DNA from: Hemiscyllium ocellatum
Lineage: Eukaryota
Assembly (NCBI RefSeq): GCF_020745735.1
Contig: NC_083408.1
Location: 29,046,484 to 29,110,483, forward strand
Direction: 5' to 3'
DNA: 64,000 nucleotides
The notes under the pieces were generated by a model. It made no database searches. It was not told the origin of the DNA and saw only the letters and a program-made list of their open reading frames with translations. The number at the start of each line of letters is the position of its first letter. Positions within the stretch are counted from its first letter, which is position 1. Shown here piece by piece: positions 12,489-24,074 of the stretch. The position numbers and the translations under genes are program-made.

Positions 12489-14067
12489 GTAAGAGAGATG
12501 TTTGTGTGGCGTATTGCTACAGCTAATAAATTACAAGTTTGGAAATTTTCTGGTAGTCAGGTGGGCTAGAGGTACGAGCATTAGATGTATATAGGCAAAA
12601 CAAGTGCATCTCTCTAAACTGAAAGAAGTTTGAATTTACTACCAAAGAATGTTTGCATACCTCGAAACAATTGTGAGCATTAGGGAAGGAAAGCTTTTTT
12701 GAATGGCCAAATTGATTTTCAGAGCTCCTTTCAGAGTTAGTAAACATATCACACGTTGAATTATGATGGCCTTTCTTTGCGTGGGAATTATTCTTTTGTG
12801 ACACCTAATGACACTTGTAGCTTCCCCTATCTGCCACAAGGCGGAATTTCCATGTATTTGAAGATACGTCTGGCGCATTACTCGCCATTGTCACATATAT
12901 TTTCCTCGTTCTGGATTTTTCTAGGCGTTATTTATGTGAAAGTTGAGTCCATGGAACTTTTACATGCAAGATAAATAGTTTTCACCACTCTTTAAGATAA
13001 CATTTAAATTCGCCAGAAACAGAAAACAAAAGCAACTAAGGAAAAAGCATTATTAAATCTTCGTAAAGGAAACCAAGTTCTCTGGAGACATTATATTGGC
13101 TTTCCATGCTCCATGTTCGCTGGTTAATTAATTTTTTTGGGATAGGAAGTCGCAAAATCTATTCAACCTGTCTTCCAGCAACGCAAGCGTCTAACTTGGC
13201 AGGGTCCTACCGCCTAAAGAGGGACGTCAGGCCTGCGTTATGCATCAACACTGTCAGCTGCGAACCCTGCGCTTATTCAGCGCCCCTGCTGTCCCCAATG
13301 TTAATCTGTGAGGTCCCAATCCTACCCATTTCCGGCAACTCTCAGCCTTTAGATTTCTAAAGAGCAATGCCACCTGGGAGTCGCTGCTTCACTAACGGAA
13401 CCCTGACTCATCCCATTTTTTTTGTTCCTTCCTCGAAGAATTCAATGGCAGAAACAACATTTGTAGCAGGCTCTGGGGAGGCGTACATAATAACAGAAAG
13501 TCAGTTGATATTGTGATTCCACTCTCTGCCGTCATTTTAATATGTTGATGTCTCTTTGAATATTCCAATGGCCTTCCCTTGCTTAAAAGTCAAATTTTCC
13601 TTCTCTCACTGCTCCTTTTTTTCTGTGATTCCATCTGCTGTTTGGCACTCAGATTACTTCCCCTTTAGCCATTTGCAAGTCGGCTTATTGACCGTCAATC
13701 AAACAAACTGCATTTCGTACTAAGTACCCCGTCAATGTTAAGGTCTGCCCGGGCGTTGAATTGTGCCATCGATTTGAATTAACCCTGCTCATTGTTATGA
13801 CCCGAGGCCAATGTTGAGTTCATCATGAATCTGATGGCTTACACGGTAGCCATCTCCACGTTCAGTTTGAGAGGTCTTGGTATGAATCTCTTGTTTTCTT
13901 CTGCGATTTAAAACTATGGTGTGCTGTCTCCACATGCAAGTTTTGTTCATCTTTTTTTTCCCTTTGAAACAGAGATAATACTTGGAGTGAGCAGGGAGAC
14001 CTGAAACAGTCAGGATCGGAAGGAAACTGCGTGGGAATCGCAGAAGATCCGTTGAGAATCAGAAAGA

Positions 14068-14199
14068 ATGAGTAGCTTGGCGGAAAGCAACCCCCCTTTG
14101 GAATTGGAGGAGAAGAACTATGACTTTGGCGAACACAGTTTGAAGATCTCCACCTTTAAAGGAGCGTACCTAGGCGTTTCGGCTTTTGTCTGGGAACCT
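14068..14199 (+). CDS. EEF1AKMT3: EEF1AKMT3-like paralog B, coding exon 1 (44 aa)
   Basis: MSSLAESNPPLELEEKNYDFGEHSLKISTFKGAYLGVSAFVWEP, donor CCT|GTAAGT in phase 0. The exon opens at an acceptor (ttttttttccctttgaaacAG, exon start 13973), and there is an in-frame stop upstream of the ATG. Confidence 0.9.
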
Positions 14200-14839
14200 G
14201 TAAGTGTAGCAGCCGATTGCAACACAATGTTTGGGTTTGAAAGCATACTTCCTAACCAGTGTGCAACTAATTTGCTGGATGATTTGACGTGGATGTGCAT
14301 AGCATTTGAGGACCTTTCACTGGTTCTGCCTATATTGCTCGCAAGACAAAGCTTTTCCCTGTGGCTCGGTACACGTGACAATAAATTCAATTCAATTCCA
14401 TTGTTTATGGTCCAGACCAGAAGTCATTCATTCGTCCCCACACACTGAACACATCGGCTCTTCTTTTCTTCCTCGCGGGTTTAGCTGCTTTCTCTTGAAT
14501 GCTCTGGTCGTGTAAATAATACATTTCAAGTGAAGACATCCTGACGAAGCCTACAGTAGTGACCTGCTTGAGCGGATTCCGTTCCCACTCACTTCGCTCT
14601 TTTCCAGCTAGATCATTCTTTTTTTTGACAGTTTGGACCTCTTCATTCTGATATAATCCCTGAAAATCCTTTTTAAAACCTTCTCCTTTATTAACGTAGA
14701 ACTAAATTCACGGAGGCCTAGCAAATGGCCTCGAAGGTTCTGTGCATGTTTTACCCTGACCTCTGTTCTTCGCAATTCTATCCTCACCCAAGAATGAACA
14801 TTAGAGTCCTGTGCATTTTTCTGCTACAGTGTTGTTATT

Positions 14840-15116
14840 AATCTTCTTCCTGACCTCTCCGCCCCCACCCCACTCCGGCCTATCACCCTCACCTTGACCT
14901 CCTTCCACCTATCACATCTCTATCGCCCCTCCCCCAAGTCCCTCCTCCCTACCTTTTATCTTAGCCTGCCTGGCACACTCTCCTCATTCCTGATGAAGGG
15001 CTTGTGCCCGAAACGTCGAATTTCCTGTTCCTTGGATGCTACCTAACCTGCTGTGCTTTAACCAGCAACACATTTTCAGCTCTGATCTCCAGCATCTGCA
15101 GACCTCACTTTTTACC
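14840..15116 (+). mobile_element. Penelope-like element 3' terminal repeat carrying the hammerhead
   Basis: C/T-rich segment, hammerhead and tail, homologous to the end of the RT/GIY-YIG element at 58755-60679. Confidence 0.75.
14986..15021 (+). ncRNA. Minimal type-I hammerhead ribozyme motif (Penelope-associated), intact core
   Basis: ATTC-CTGATGA-A-GGGC-ttgt-GCCC-GAAAC-GTC-GAAT: stem I ATTC/GAAT, core CUGAUGA and GAAA, stem II GGGC/GCCC, GUC cleavage triplet. Confidence 0.75.
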
Positions 15117-15925
15117 CTTGATATTTTGAATCACTTGTTCATCTGCACCCTTACACCTCTCAATTTATCCACCTTGCTTTAAGGAGTACAAAGTTTCCTT
15201 ATTTGTATTCTTCCTTCCAAGATGCATTGTCGGGTGCTCATCTACATTATTTGACAGTTGCATTCCTATTGTGTGAAATTTATTTACGTCACCCTGTACT
15301 GTCCCAAAATTCTCCTTTCTTTACAATGCAACCCACGAATTGACATATCCCACAAATTTTTAACCATACATTCTGATTCTCGATTCCAAACCATTTAGAG
15401 TATGTAAACAATAGACACTTCAGTCTACTGCGTTACCCTAGTTCCTTTTCTCTCTTTCAGGAAGATGAATTTATGAACTCTGCTATATTTTGACTTTTTA
15501 AAGCTGTTTAATATCATACCTGATTGGCGGGGGGCAGATTAGTTTGCTAACCACATATCCAATGTTAAGCAACAGCTTCTGCATTTGTTTCCGTTCCTTC
15601 GTTGGAAAAGAACTCACATTAATCAAATGCCAATTTGTTAACCAGTTTACGCTACTCATCTTCTGGTTAAGCATTCTGATTGTAATAATGCTTTGCCTTG
15701 TCTTCACTATCTTTCTTTGAGATATAGAAATGCATATTTTGTTGTGTTTGATTCCTTGATGGGTAACCTTTGCCCTTTTAAAGGACAGGACAAGTTGCAT
15801 TTAAATAGCGACTTCCATGCAGAAAAGTGACCAAATATGGTTAAAAACCATTTCATCAATAGAACTGAGATCAAGGCACTCAGCAGGTATCACAACGGAT
15901 GACTGAAAGCAGCAATGGTCAATGA

Positions 15926-16130
15926 GGTGGGCTCAGTGGTTAGCACTGCTGCCTCACAGTGCTAAGGACCCAGGTTCAATTCCAACCGCGGACAATTGTC
16001 TGTGTGGGTTTCCTGCCGCAGGCTAGCTGGATTAGCCATGGTCAATGCGCGGTTACAGGGACGGGGAACGGATCTGGATGGGATGCGTTTCTGAGGGGCT
16101 GAATGGCCTGCTTCCACGTTGTAGAGATCT
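15926..16130 (+). mobile_element. Degenerate HE1-type SINE
   Basis: gctcagtggttagcactgctgcctcacag...ggttcaattcc head with internal deletions. Confidence 0.7.
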
Positions 16131-16182
16131 TAAGGTAGTTTCTTTAGAACCTTCACAAAGTGGGTGCTAGCGAAGGCGTGTG

Positions 16183-16315
16183 CCCTAATGAAGGGCTTTA
16201 TGTCCGAAACTTCGATTCTCCCGCTCCTCGGATGTTGCCTGACCGGTTGTGCTTTTCCAGCGCCGCATATGTTTGACTCTGATATCCAGCATCCGCAGCC
16301 CTCACTCCCTCTCCT
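16183..16315 (+). mobile_element. Penelope-like terminal-repeat fragment with mutated hammerhead
   Basis: ctaatgaagggctttatgtccgaaacttcgattctcc...gcttttccagc. Confidence 0.7.
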
Positions 16316-16641
16316 TATTTCATAAGCAAATGATCTAAGTAGACTTGAAATAATAAAAAGGGCAGTTTGAGCATATAAAGATTCCTTACTGCAACCAAAC
16401 CAAAAAGAAGTGGCCTCTGATCAGGGCAACAGTGAGCTGCGCGAAGCTGCCTGCCTGGTTCCCTGAACACCACCGATGGCGGTAATGCCGCTCTCCTTGG
16501 GAAACCGGGGTGACAGCATTCCTCTCAGTGACAGGGTGAGGTTGCACGCAGTCGAGAGGATCCCTAGCTGAGGTGCTGAACTGTTCCGCGAAGAGCTCCC
16601 GAGTTCAGCATGGATCTGGGTCAGAGTTAAGGAAAGGTAGA

Positions 16642-17310
16642 TGCGCGCGCGCTTGTGTGTGCGCGCGTGTATCTGTGTGTGTGTGTCGGGGGGGGGGGGG
16701 GGTCTGTGTATGTGTGTGTGCGCGCGCGCGAGCGGAAGGAAAAGTGCGGGACAGAGAGTCAGTGCGTGGGTGGAGTGAGTGAAAGACAATGGAGTGAGTA
16801 AACAGGGGTGAAAAGTGAGGTCTGAGTGAGAGGGGTGTGAGTGAATGAGTAGGTCGCGTAGAGTGAGTGGATTGTAGAATGAGTGAGGATGAAGTGAGAA
16901 GGAATAGGTGAATGAATGGTGCAAGCGAATGAGCAAGGAATATGCAATGAGTGATTGAGGGTAAGGTGAGTAAAGGTGCATGCGAGCGGTGTGTATGTGC
17001 ATCAGGGATGACTGAGTTAATCAGATGGAGTAGGGATTTATATGGGAAGGAGAAATGCATGAGAGTGATTGGATGGGGGGGAAGATAATGAGGGAGTGGG
17101 AGTGTGAATGTATGAGGGAGAACTAGTGAGGGCGAATGGGGAGTGAGAGTAGGGTGTGGGACTGTCTGTAGAGAAAGGATTGTGATGGGAGTGAGCTGGC
17201 GTGTGTATGTTAGAGAAGGTGAATGAAGGATTGTGAGTGTTTTTACGTTTGAAGGATGGATTGGGGGCAGGGGATATGGAGTGTGTTTGAAAACTTTGTA
17301 CTGAGTGAAC
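16642..17310 (+). repeat. (GC)n/(GT)n/poly-G followed by a long GT/GA-rich low-complexity tract
   Basis: Seen directly. Explains the spurious His/Thr/Leu/Pro-rich minus-strand ORFs 16421..17348. Confidence 0.9.
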
Positions 17311-18099
17311 AAAATAAACACCTGAACTGAAAGCCCGCTTGTTTGCAACTTCCATTTTTATATGAATTCCAGAGAGACAGTCTTGGAGTGTGTGTCAGTA
17401 GAGGTGAAAGCAAGGCCAGTGTTAATTAAATTCAACTCACAACTTAGGCGCAGCTTTCCCCCCACTCCCCTTCCTGATAATCAGGGCTGGGCTCTAGTCT
17501 ATCTCCTCACAATCCTGTTTGTTTCCTGCAAAGGCCAGTTTTAATTAACTATTTCTGCTTCTTGGCATTTTAATAGTTATTTTCATTAATTACTCAGTTA
17601 TTTACATTGACAATTTATTGTTTAGCAATTATCTAATTTAAGTTAATTTTCAATGTTCTGTCAAACTTTGTCATTATGAAACTTTGCCCCTGCTTCCTCT
17701 CACCCTCAAAAAGAGAAAACTTGAAATATAATCTTCCATGCAAAATGTTTGGCAAGTTCGCCCTGTGTTCAGACAACATTCTGGGTGTTAATGAAGCCAT
17801 GTGCTCCAGAACATCCGTCTCCTAGCCAAGGTATTTCACTACAGTCACAATACAGCAATCTACCAGGCATTGCAGAAAACTTCCAAGGCAATTTCTGGCC
17901 ACAAAGAAAGGGCCTGATTCAACCTGGCCAATTACTGCCCCATCAGTCAACTCTTGATTATCAACAGTGTGATAGAAAGGACCATCATTAGTATTATTAA
18001 GAGCTTCGTATCAAACAATAAATTGCCAGTGCCACTCAGCTCCTGAACAAGTTATACTCTTGTGTAAATATCACGAAGGGAGAACAATCTATGTGGTGA

Positions 18100-18910
18100 T
18101 GTGACACTGACCAATTCCAACAGCCAGGTAGCATTTGACCGAATATGAGGTCAAGGAGGTAGAGAAAGTCTGCAGTCAATGAGAATAATTTCCCACTGGC
18201 AAGCATAATTACTAACATGAAGGACGGTAATTCCAGTTTGTTGAAATTAAGTCATCTCAGTCCTAGGACAAGGCACCAGGAGTTCTTCAGAACAATGTCC
18301 TCTGCCCAAATATATTCAGTGGGGTTGTCACGAGGCATGCCTCCGTCATAAGGTCAGGAGAAGAATTGTTCATTCGTGATGTGATAGTGTTCCAAAGTAT
18401 TCGTGACTCTTCAAGTCTATGTTCATATGGAACAAAACCTGGATAATTTTCAGACTTGTGCTGGTAAGTGACAGGTAATATATACACTCAATAAGTACCA
18501 GGTAATGACCAGCTCCAAGAAAAGTGAATCTAATAATTTTCCATTATCTTAAACATTACTCTATCCACCATTGGCCAACAATGAAACACTGTACCACCAA
18601 CACAATGCACTGCAACAACTCTCCAAGGTTCCTTTGACACCACCTTCCAAACCCACGACTGCTTCCACCTAGAAATACAAGGGCAGCATGGAGCTAAACA
18701 CGATCTCAAGTTCTCCTACAAGCCTTATCCGAACATTTATCACTGTTTCTTCCTTATCAGTTTCAAATTCCTGAAACTTTTTTCCTACTAGAACTATGGG
18801 TTCACCTACACCACCAGGACTGCAACGGTCCTAGAAGGCAGATGATCACCTTTTCGAAGGCAAATGGGATGAGCCAAAAATGTTAGCTGCCGGTGACACC
18901 TAAGTTCTGT
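18100..18910 (+). mobile_element. Old CR1/L2-group LINE remnant
   Basis: Similar to the opposite-strand remnants at 31440-32110 and 56350-57850 (aagtggcaagtaacatt..., ccttccaaacccacgac). Confidence 0.5.
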
Positions 18911-20244
18911 GAAAAAAACTTTTTTTAAGGAAGTAAGATACCTTTAACTCTTTTATTGACATCGATAGTGATTCTGCTTCTGACCCTCAATTTGCTGTGT
19001 CATTTCTTTAGTCATGCTGGCTTTAATTAATGGTGCGCTACACTTCTTCCACTCCTGTCTTTGTGGTTACATCACCACCTTCCATAAACAATTGCCAGTA
19101 CGGTTTATTTTATGCTAGAATTATTGCTGCCACACATAGTTCAGGTTCCTCGATTGTGCTTTGAATACTGTGTGCAGTGCCGTACAGTTTAATCTTATCT
19201 TTATAGTTGTTCCTGCACTCTCATTTTTAACAGCTTATTCCTCTATGAGATAAGTTAATATTCCATGTACATTTACTGTATCCTTGTCCCTTACCTTGAC
19301 CTGATTTTTATCTCATTTCCTAATTCTTTCCTCTCCAGACTATGCAATTTGCACACGGCCATTCTCCTTTCTAGTTTAACTTTCTATCAACCTCCATAAT
19401 TATCCCAGTTCATTGAATTAGAAATATGGATAGGAAATTGATTGACAGGAAACAGCTAAAAAATGGTTAATGGATATCTTAGACTCGAGGAAAGTGTGTA
19501 TTGGAATTCCCAAGGGATTGGTATTGGGAATTTTGCATCAGTTTTCGATCTGCTGCCTATGTAACGATTAACACTGGCTTCATGTAATCTATCATACTGT
19601 CTTTTTACTTTGTTCCATACTTCTGGAGTTTCTGTAACAGGAATAACCCCTCCCCCACCCTGCAAAATCCATTATCGCCCATATCATGTGCTCCAACATT
19701 GATTACTCCAAATAGACTTCCCATTTCTTCTGCAGTTCGTCTTCAATTTTCCTACCCTTTTTTGTCTTTTCGATCTGTTCCAATTTGAAGTCAGAGCAGG
19801 GGCTGAACCGAAACAGAACGCCCTACTTCTGAAAGAGTTGTGCACGTTACTCTTGGATATTGACAATCTCTACTTTGTTTGGTATCGTGAATCTCCTGGG
19901 CCATATGCCATTCGGATGTTTTTAGACTTTGGGGTCTCGCGGGATTATGAGGTTCCGACATCAGCTGAATCTCTTTGGTAGCAATAAAAGTGATGGTAGC
20001 TTGACTGAGACATCAGAACCGTGAGTTAACGTGAAATGTTTTCACGGTCAAAACTGTGCCATGTTTTGGAAAGGATTTCCATATCTCTAATCTAGAAGGC
20101 TAGGAGTGCCACTGCTTTTACTTGCGCTGTGATGGTATTCCCACATTATTGAACTGATTTGCGAAGATTGTCAACCCATTGGCACCAATGTGTTTTGATC
20201 ATTGCAAATCTATTAATATCCAAGTGTAAATCCGTTTGCGATAA

Positions 20245-20400
<156 letters not shown>

Positions 20401-21118
20401 TAAATATCAGGAACAAAATAAAACTGGCGATGTTTCTTTAGTTATTCATGCAAATATTGATAAAAGGCTCTGGCAAAAGCCTCAGGTTTTGAAATGTTGC
20501 CATTACTTTCGCCACATTTGACGCCATGTTGGAGTCTTCAACAATTTCTGTATTAATTTCGATAGGGAAGGCTAATTTGTTATCCAATTTCAAGGCTTTG
20601 GAGCAATCTTACAATTGATACTAGTGAGGCTAATGGACGTTCTAATAATCGTGTTCCTGCGCCCTGTACTGTTCTTCGTCCGTTTTATTCATTAGGGTCG
20701 ATGGGGTTGAGCAGCCTACAATAGCAAACGCTGTAGTCTAATATTTTGAAACACCCTATGAAATGCTCACAAGATGAGCGTATTACAAAATGCTGGGGTA
20801 AGTCAAACAAACGGATGAATTATCCAACGCGCTGATACGTGCATGTAAGGCGAGTGGACAGTGCTTTCGAGAAGAATTGATTCTTCTTATTAGGGATATG
20901 ATTTTGGAAAGATCTGATTACACTTGATCTTCCTCTGAAGCTTAAGTTGCAGCTATGACACATAGAGTAGGTGCATGCAGCTTCTGTCTGGCTTTTGGGT
21001 TCAGTCATTAGGAGCCCATAGCCAAGTGTTGCAATTCATTGAGTGAGAAATCTGCATTACTTACCTTTTAATACGAGGCAGTGCTCAGATAATGATGTGA
21101 CATTATTGTTTTTACCAG

Positions 21119-21513
21119 GTGGAGATGTCACGTTGACGGACAGATCCTATGTTTTGAACCAAATAGAATACAACGTGCAAGCTAACATTCCAGCCAGCAG
21201 CAGACACCGTTCATCAATCCGGGCCCTGGCTTGGGGTGACGATCAGTGCAACTTTCCAAACGACTTTGATTATATTCTGGGTTCAGATATTGTGTACAAC
21301 CCCTCGCAATTTCCTAGTCTTTTGCAGACACTGTTGTACCTCTCCACGGACAAAACTATTGTTTATATGTCTTCTAACATGGCGGCCAGAGAAGGCGCCA
21401 TCAATTTTCACGAGGACCTCTTACCCAAGCAGTTTAACAGCGAAATACTTCATACAAGTGGAAGTAATTGCATTTACAAAGTGACTAGAAAACACCCGCG
21501 CCATGGGCACTAA
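21119..21513 (+). CDS. EEF1AKMT3: EEF1AKMT3-like paralog B, coding exon 3 (spliced protein 212 aa)
   Basis: GDVTLTD...RALAWG...FDYILGSDIVY (DxxY motif of the METTL21 family)...TAA. Acceptor tttttaccAG in phase 1, compatible with exon 2. 132+112+395 = 639 nt open. Confidence 0.95.
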
Positions 21514-21915
21514 TTTCTGATGCATATTTATTTCCTCACGTTGCAATCCACAAGCTGTGCACTCTACTCACTTAGCTTTGTGAGAATGTAATTATCTGAG
21601 TGAAAGTGAAATTAAAATTCTATCCGGTTCTGGAATGAAGCTTCCTAATTTAATCTGCTAAGGATGCAACTAACCCATTGGAATCCGCATTCTGTTGTGA
21701 AAAAAGATGTTTTTCAGTAAGCGAAATCCTTGGTGTCGTTTCTTCTTTTTGCACAGCTGAATCTGAGAAATATTGCAAAGGCATTTCTTTTTACTGAAAT
21801 CATTTTGTTTTGGGCTTTATGTTGCGGCCGTGCTCATTTTTGCTGCATCAAATAAGTACCATTAACTGAGATACAAACAAAGTAAAACTGCAGGAGCTTA
21901 TTTTTCGTTGACAGA

Positions 21916-21921
21916 AATAAA
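21916..21921 (+). terminator. Candidate polyadenylation signal of paralog B
   Basis: AATAAA ~400 nt after the stop. Alternatives are ATTAAA at 21611 and AATAAA at 22142. Confidence 0.35.
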
Positions 21922-22679
21922 TTACAAGACAAGCAGGCATCGTGCGTGAGCAATGCAAATGTTTAGACTTTGATAGAAACACTCAATAGCATTTTAGAGA
22001 TGGGAAATAGTTGACATATTCTGGTCTTCAACTCATCACGCGCGTTAATTATACTGACAGTCATCAACAAAGACAATAACCTTTGAATATGTTCCAGAGT
22101 AGGTGGTGCAGATTAAATAATGACAGATTTACATTTGTTGCAATAAAAACAGAAAAGGTTCAAATCGATTAACTATAAACAGAACAATAATAATGACTAA
22201 ATTTGCAAATTAAAGCTTGATTTTGCAATATGTGGACCATTTCCTGCACTTGTATAATACTAAACCCAAACAAGTGCAAGTTATTAAAACGCGACGCTAT
22301 TTACAGTTTTTTTAAAAAAGTGCGTTTGATGATTCTTAACAGCGGGCCACCACTGGACAATTCAGTTGCACGCTTGTGCCATTGCACTGAAACGGAGAAG
22401 CGATGTTCAATTCCTAAAGCATTGTTAGCAGTAACATAGAATTTGAAGAGTCGATGCTGCACTTCAGAGATTAGAGTAGAAATGCATCTTTTGAATTGCT
22501 ACTTTACGATTTTTATTCAGAGAAGGCATACAGCTACTCCTTACTGGCGTGGAATCCATTTGATATAATTAACATTCTTCGCCTGAAGACCATATTCCGT
22601 GTTTGATCTCTGCCTTAGGTCCAAAGGACCATGCTGTCATTGTACATGAGCCATAGAGCAAACAAGCATGATGATGAAA

Positions 22680-23090
22680 TAGGTTGCTAACTGGGATATG
22701 GCCTTTATTGCAAAGGAAATGTAGACGATTTGGGTGAGACCCCACCGATTATACATCCCAACTTTACAATATCTTTTAAAGGAGCAATATACTGGCACTG
22801 GATACAGTTCAGAGAAAACTAGTTAGGTTGATTCCTGAGATGGTTGAGTTATATCATGAGAAGATGAGCATACTGGTGGACTTTAGAAAAGTTTGAAGTG
22901 AATTTGTTAAAGTGGAGAATTCTAAGTGGAGTTGGTTAAGGGAATGTTGAGAGAATGGTTCCAATTGTGGGGAACCATGAGCTGTTTAGCAATAAAGAGT
23001 CTTCAGTTTACGATGGAGATGAGAAGTAATTTATTTTCTCGGATGGTTATTAATGTTTGGAATTTTTTTCATGCCCACGAGCAATGGAAA
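22680..23090 (+). mobile_element. Degenerate CR1 3' fragment
   Basis: ggccttattgcaaagg...gttgattcctgagatg...gagatgagaagtaattt pattern. Confidence 0.55.
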
Positions 23091-23094
23091 GTCG

Positions 23095-23532
23095 GATCAT
23101 AGAGTCATAGAGTCATAGAGATGTACAGCGTGGAAGCAGACCCTTCGGTCCAACCCGTCCATGCCAACCAGATATCCCAACCCATTTAGTCCCACCTGCC
23201 AGCACCCGGCCCATATCCCTCCTATTCATATACCCATCCAAATGTCTCTTAAATGTTGCAATTGTACCAGCCTCCACCACTTCCTCTGGCTATTCATTCC
23301 GTACACACACCACCCTCTTCGTGAAAAAGTTGCCACTGAGGTCCCCTCTCACCATAAACCTATGTCTTCTAGTTCTGGACTCCCCACGCCAGGAAAAAGA
23401 CCTTGTCTATTTATCCTATCCAAGCCACTCATGATTTTATAAACAGGTCACCCCTCAGAGTTCGAGGCTCCAGGAAAACAGCCTCAGCCTTTCAGCCTCT
23501 TCCTATACATCAAATCCTCCAATCCTGGCAAG
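23095..23532 (-). mobile_element. CR1 LINE 3' end with (ATAGAGTC)n tail
   Basis: catagagtcatagagtcatagag tail followed by reverse-complement CR1 3' sequence. Related copy at 46900-47335. Confidence 0.8.
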
Positions 23533-24074
23533 CTAGACAAACCATCTAGGGTTATGGGAAGGGTAAGATTGATTGCAGGTGTTGCAGACAAGAAAGTGAG
23601 GTCGAAGCTAATTTACAAGAACAGAGGCCGAAATGTTAAACCGCAAGTGCTTTATTAAAGAGTTGTTTATTCTCCAGGCAACAAAGTTCGACGAAGCAGT
23701 TTCTCGGCCCAAAAGTGTCCCAGTGACGTCACCTTTGCGTGATCGGGCGCTTACATTTCCAGTTCACTATACTGATACAAATACACAACAGAAGCGGCAA
23801 TCAAATCAATCATATTCTTTGTGAATCGTGGACCGAGAACTAGGGGGCTGAAGACGATTTTCTGCTTCAACTTATATATTATATAAAGTTCGCTAATATA
23901 TTTGAATTATGAATTTAGTCTCAGTAACTTTGAACCACTGAACTGCTGGATTGTCATACAAATCTAATTATTCCACTGACTGTCTATTTTGGAACAAGTG
24001 CTGAGAGAGCCAACAAGAGGCAAACACTGATCTTATCTCGCCCTATCATTCTGTAGGGCTAAGGATCCCTAACG

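Noticed and set aside
16421-17355. Long minus-strand ORFs (193 and 247 aa)
   Set aside because: They are translations of a GT/GA low-complexity tract with no domain signal.
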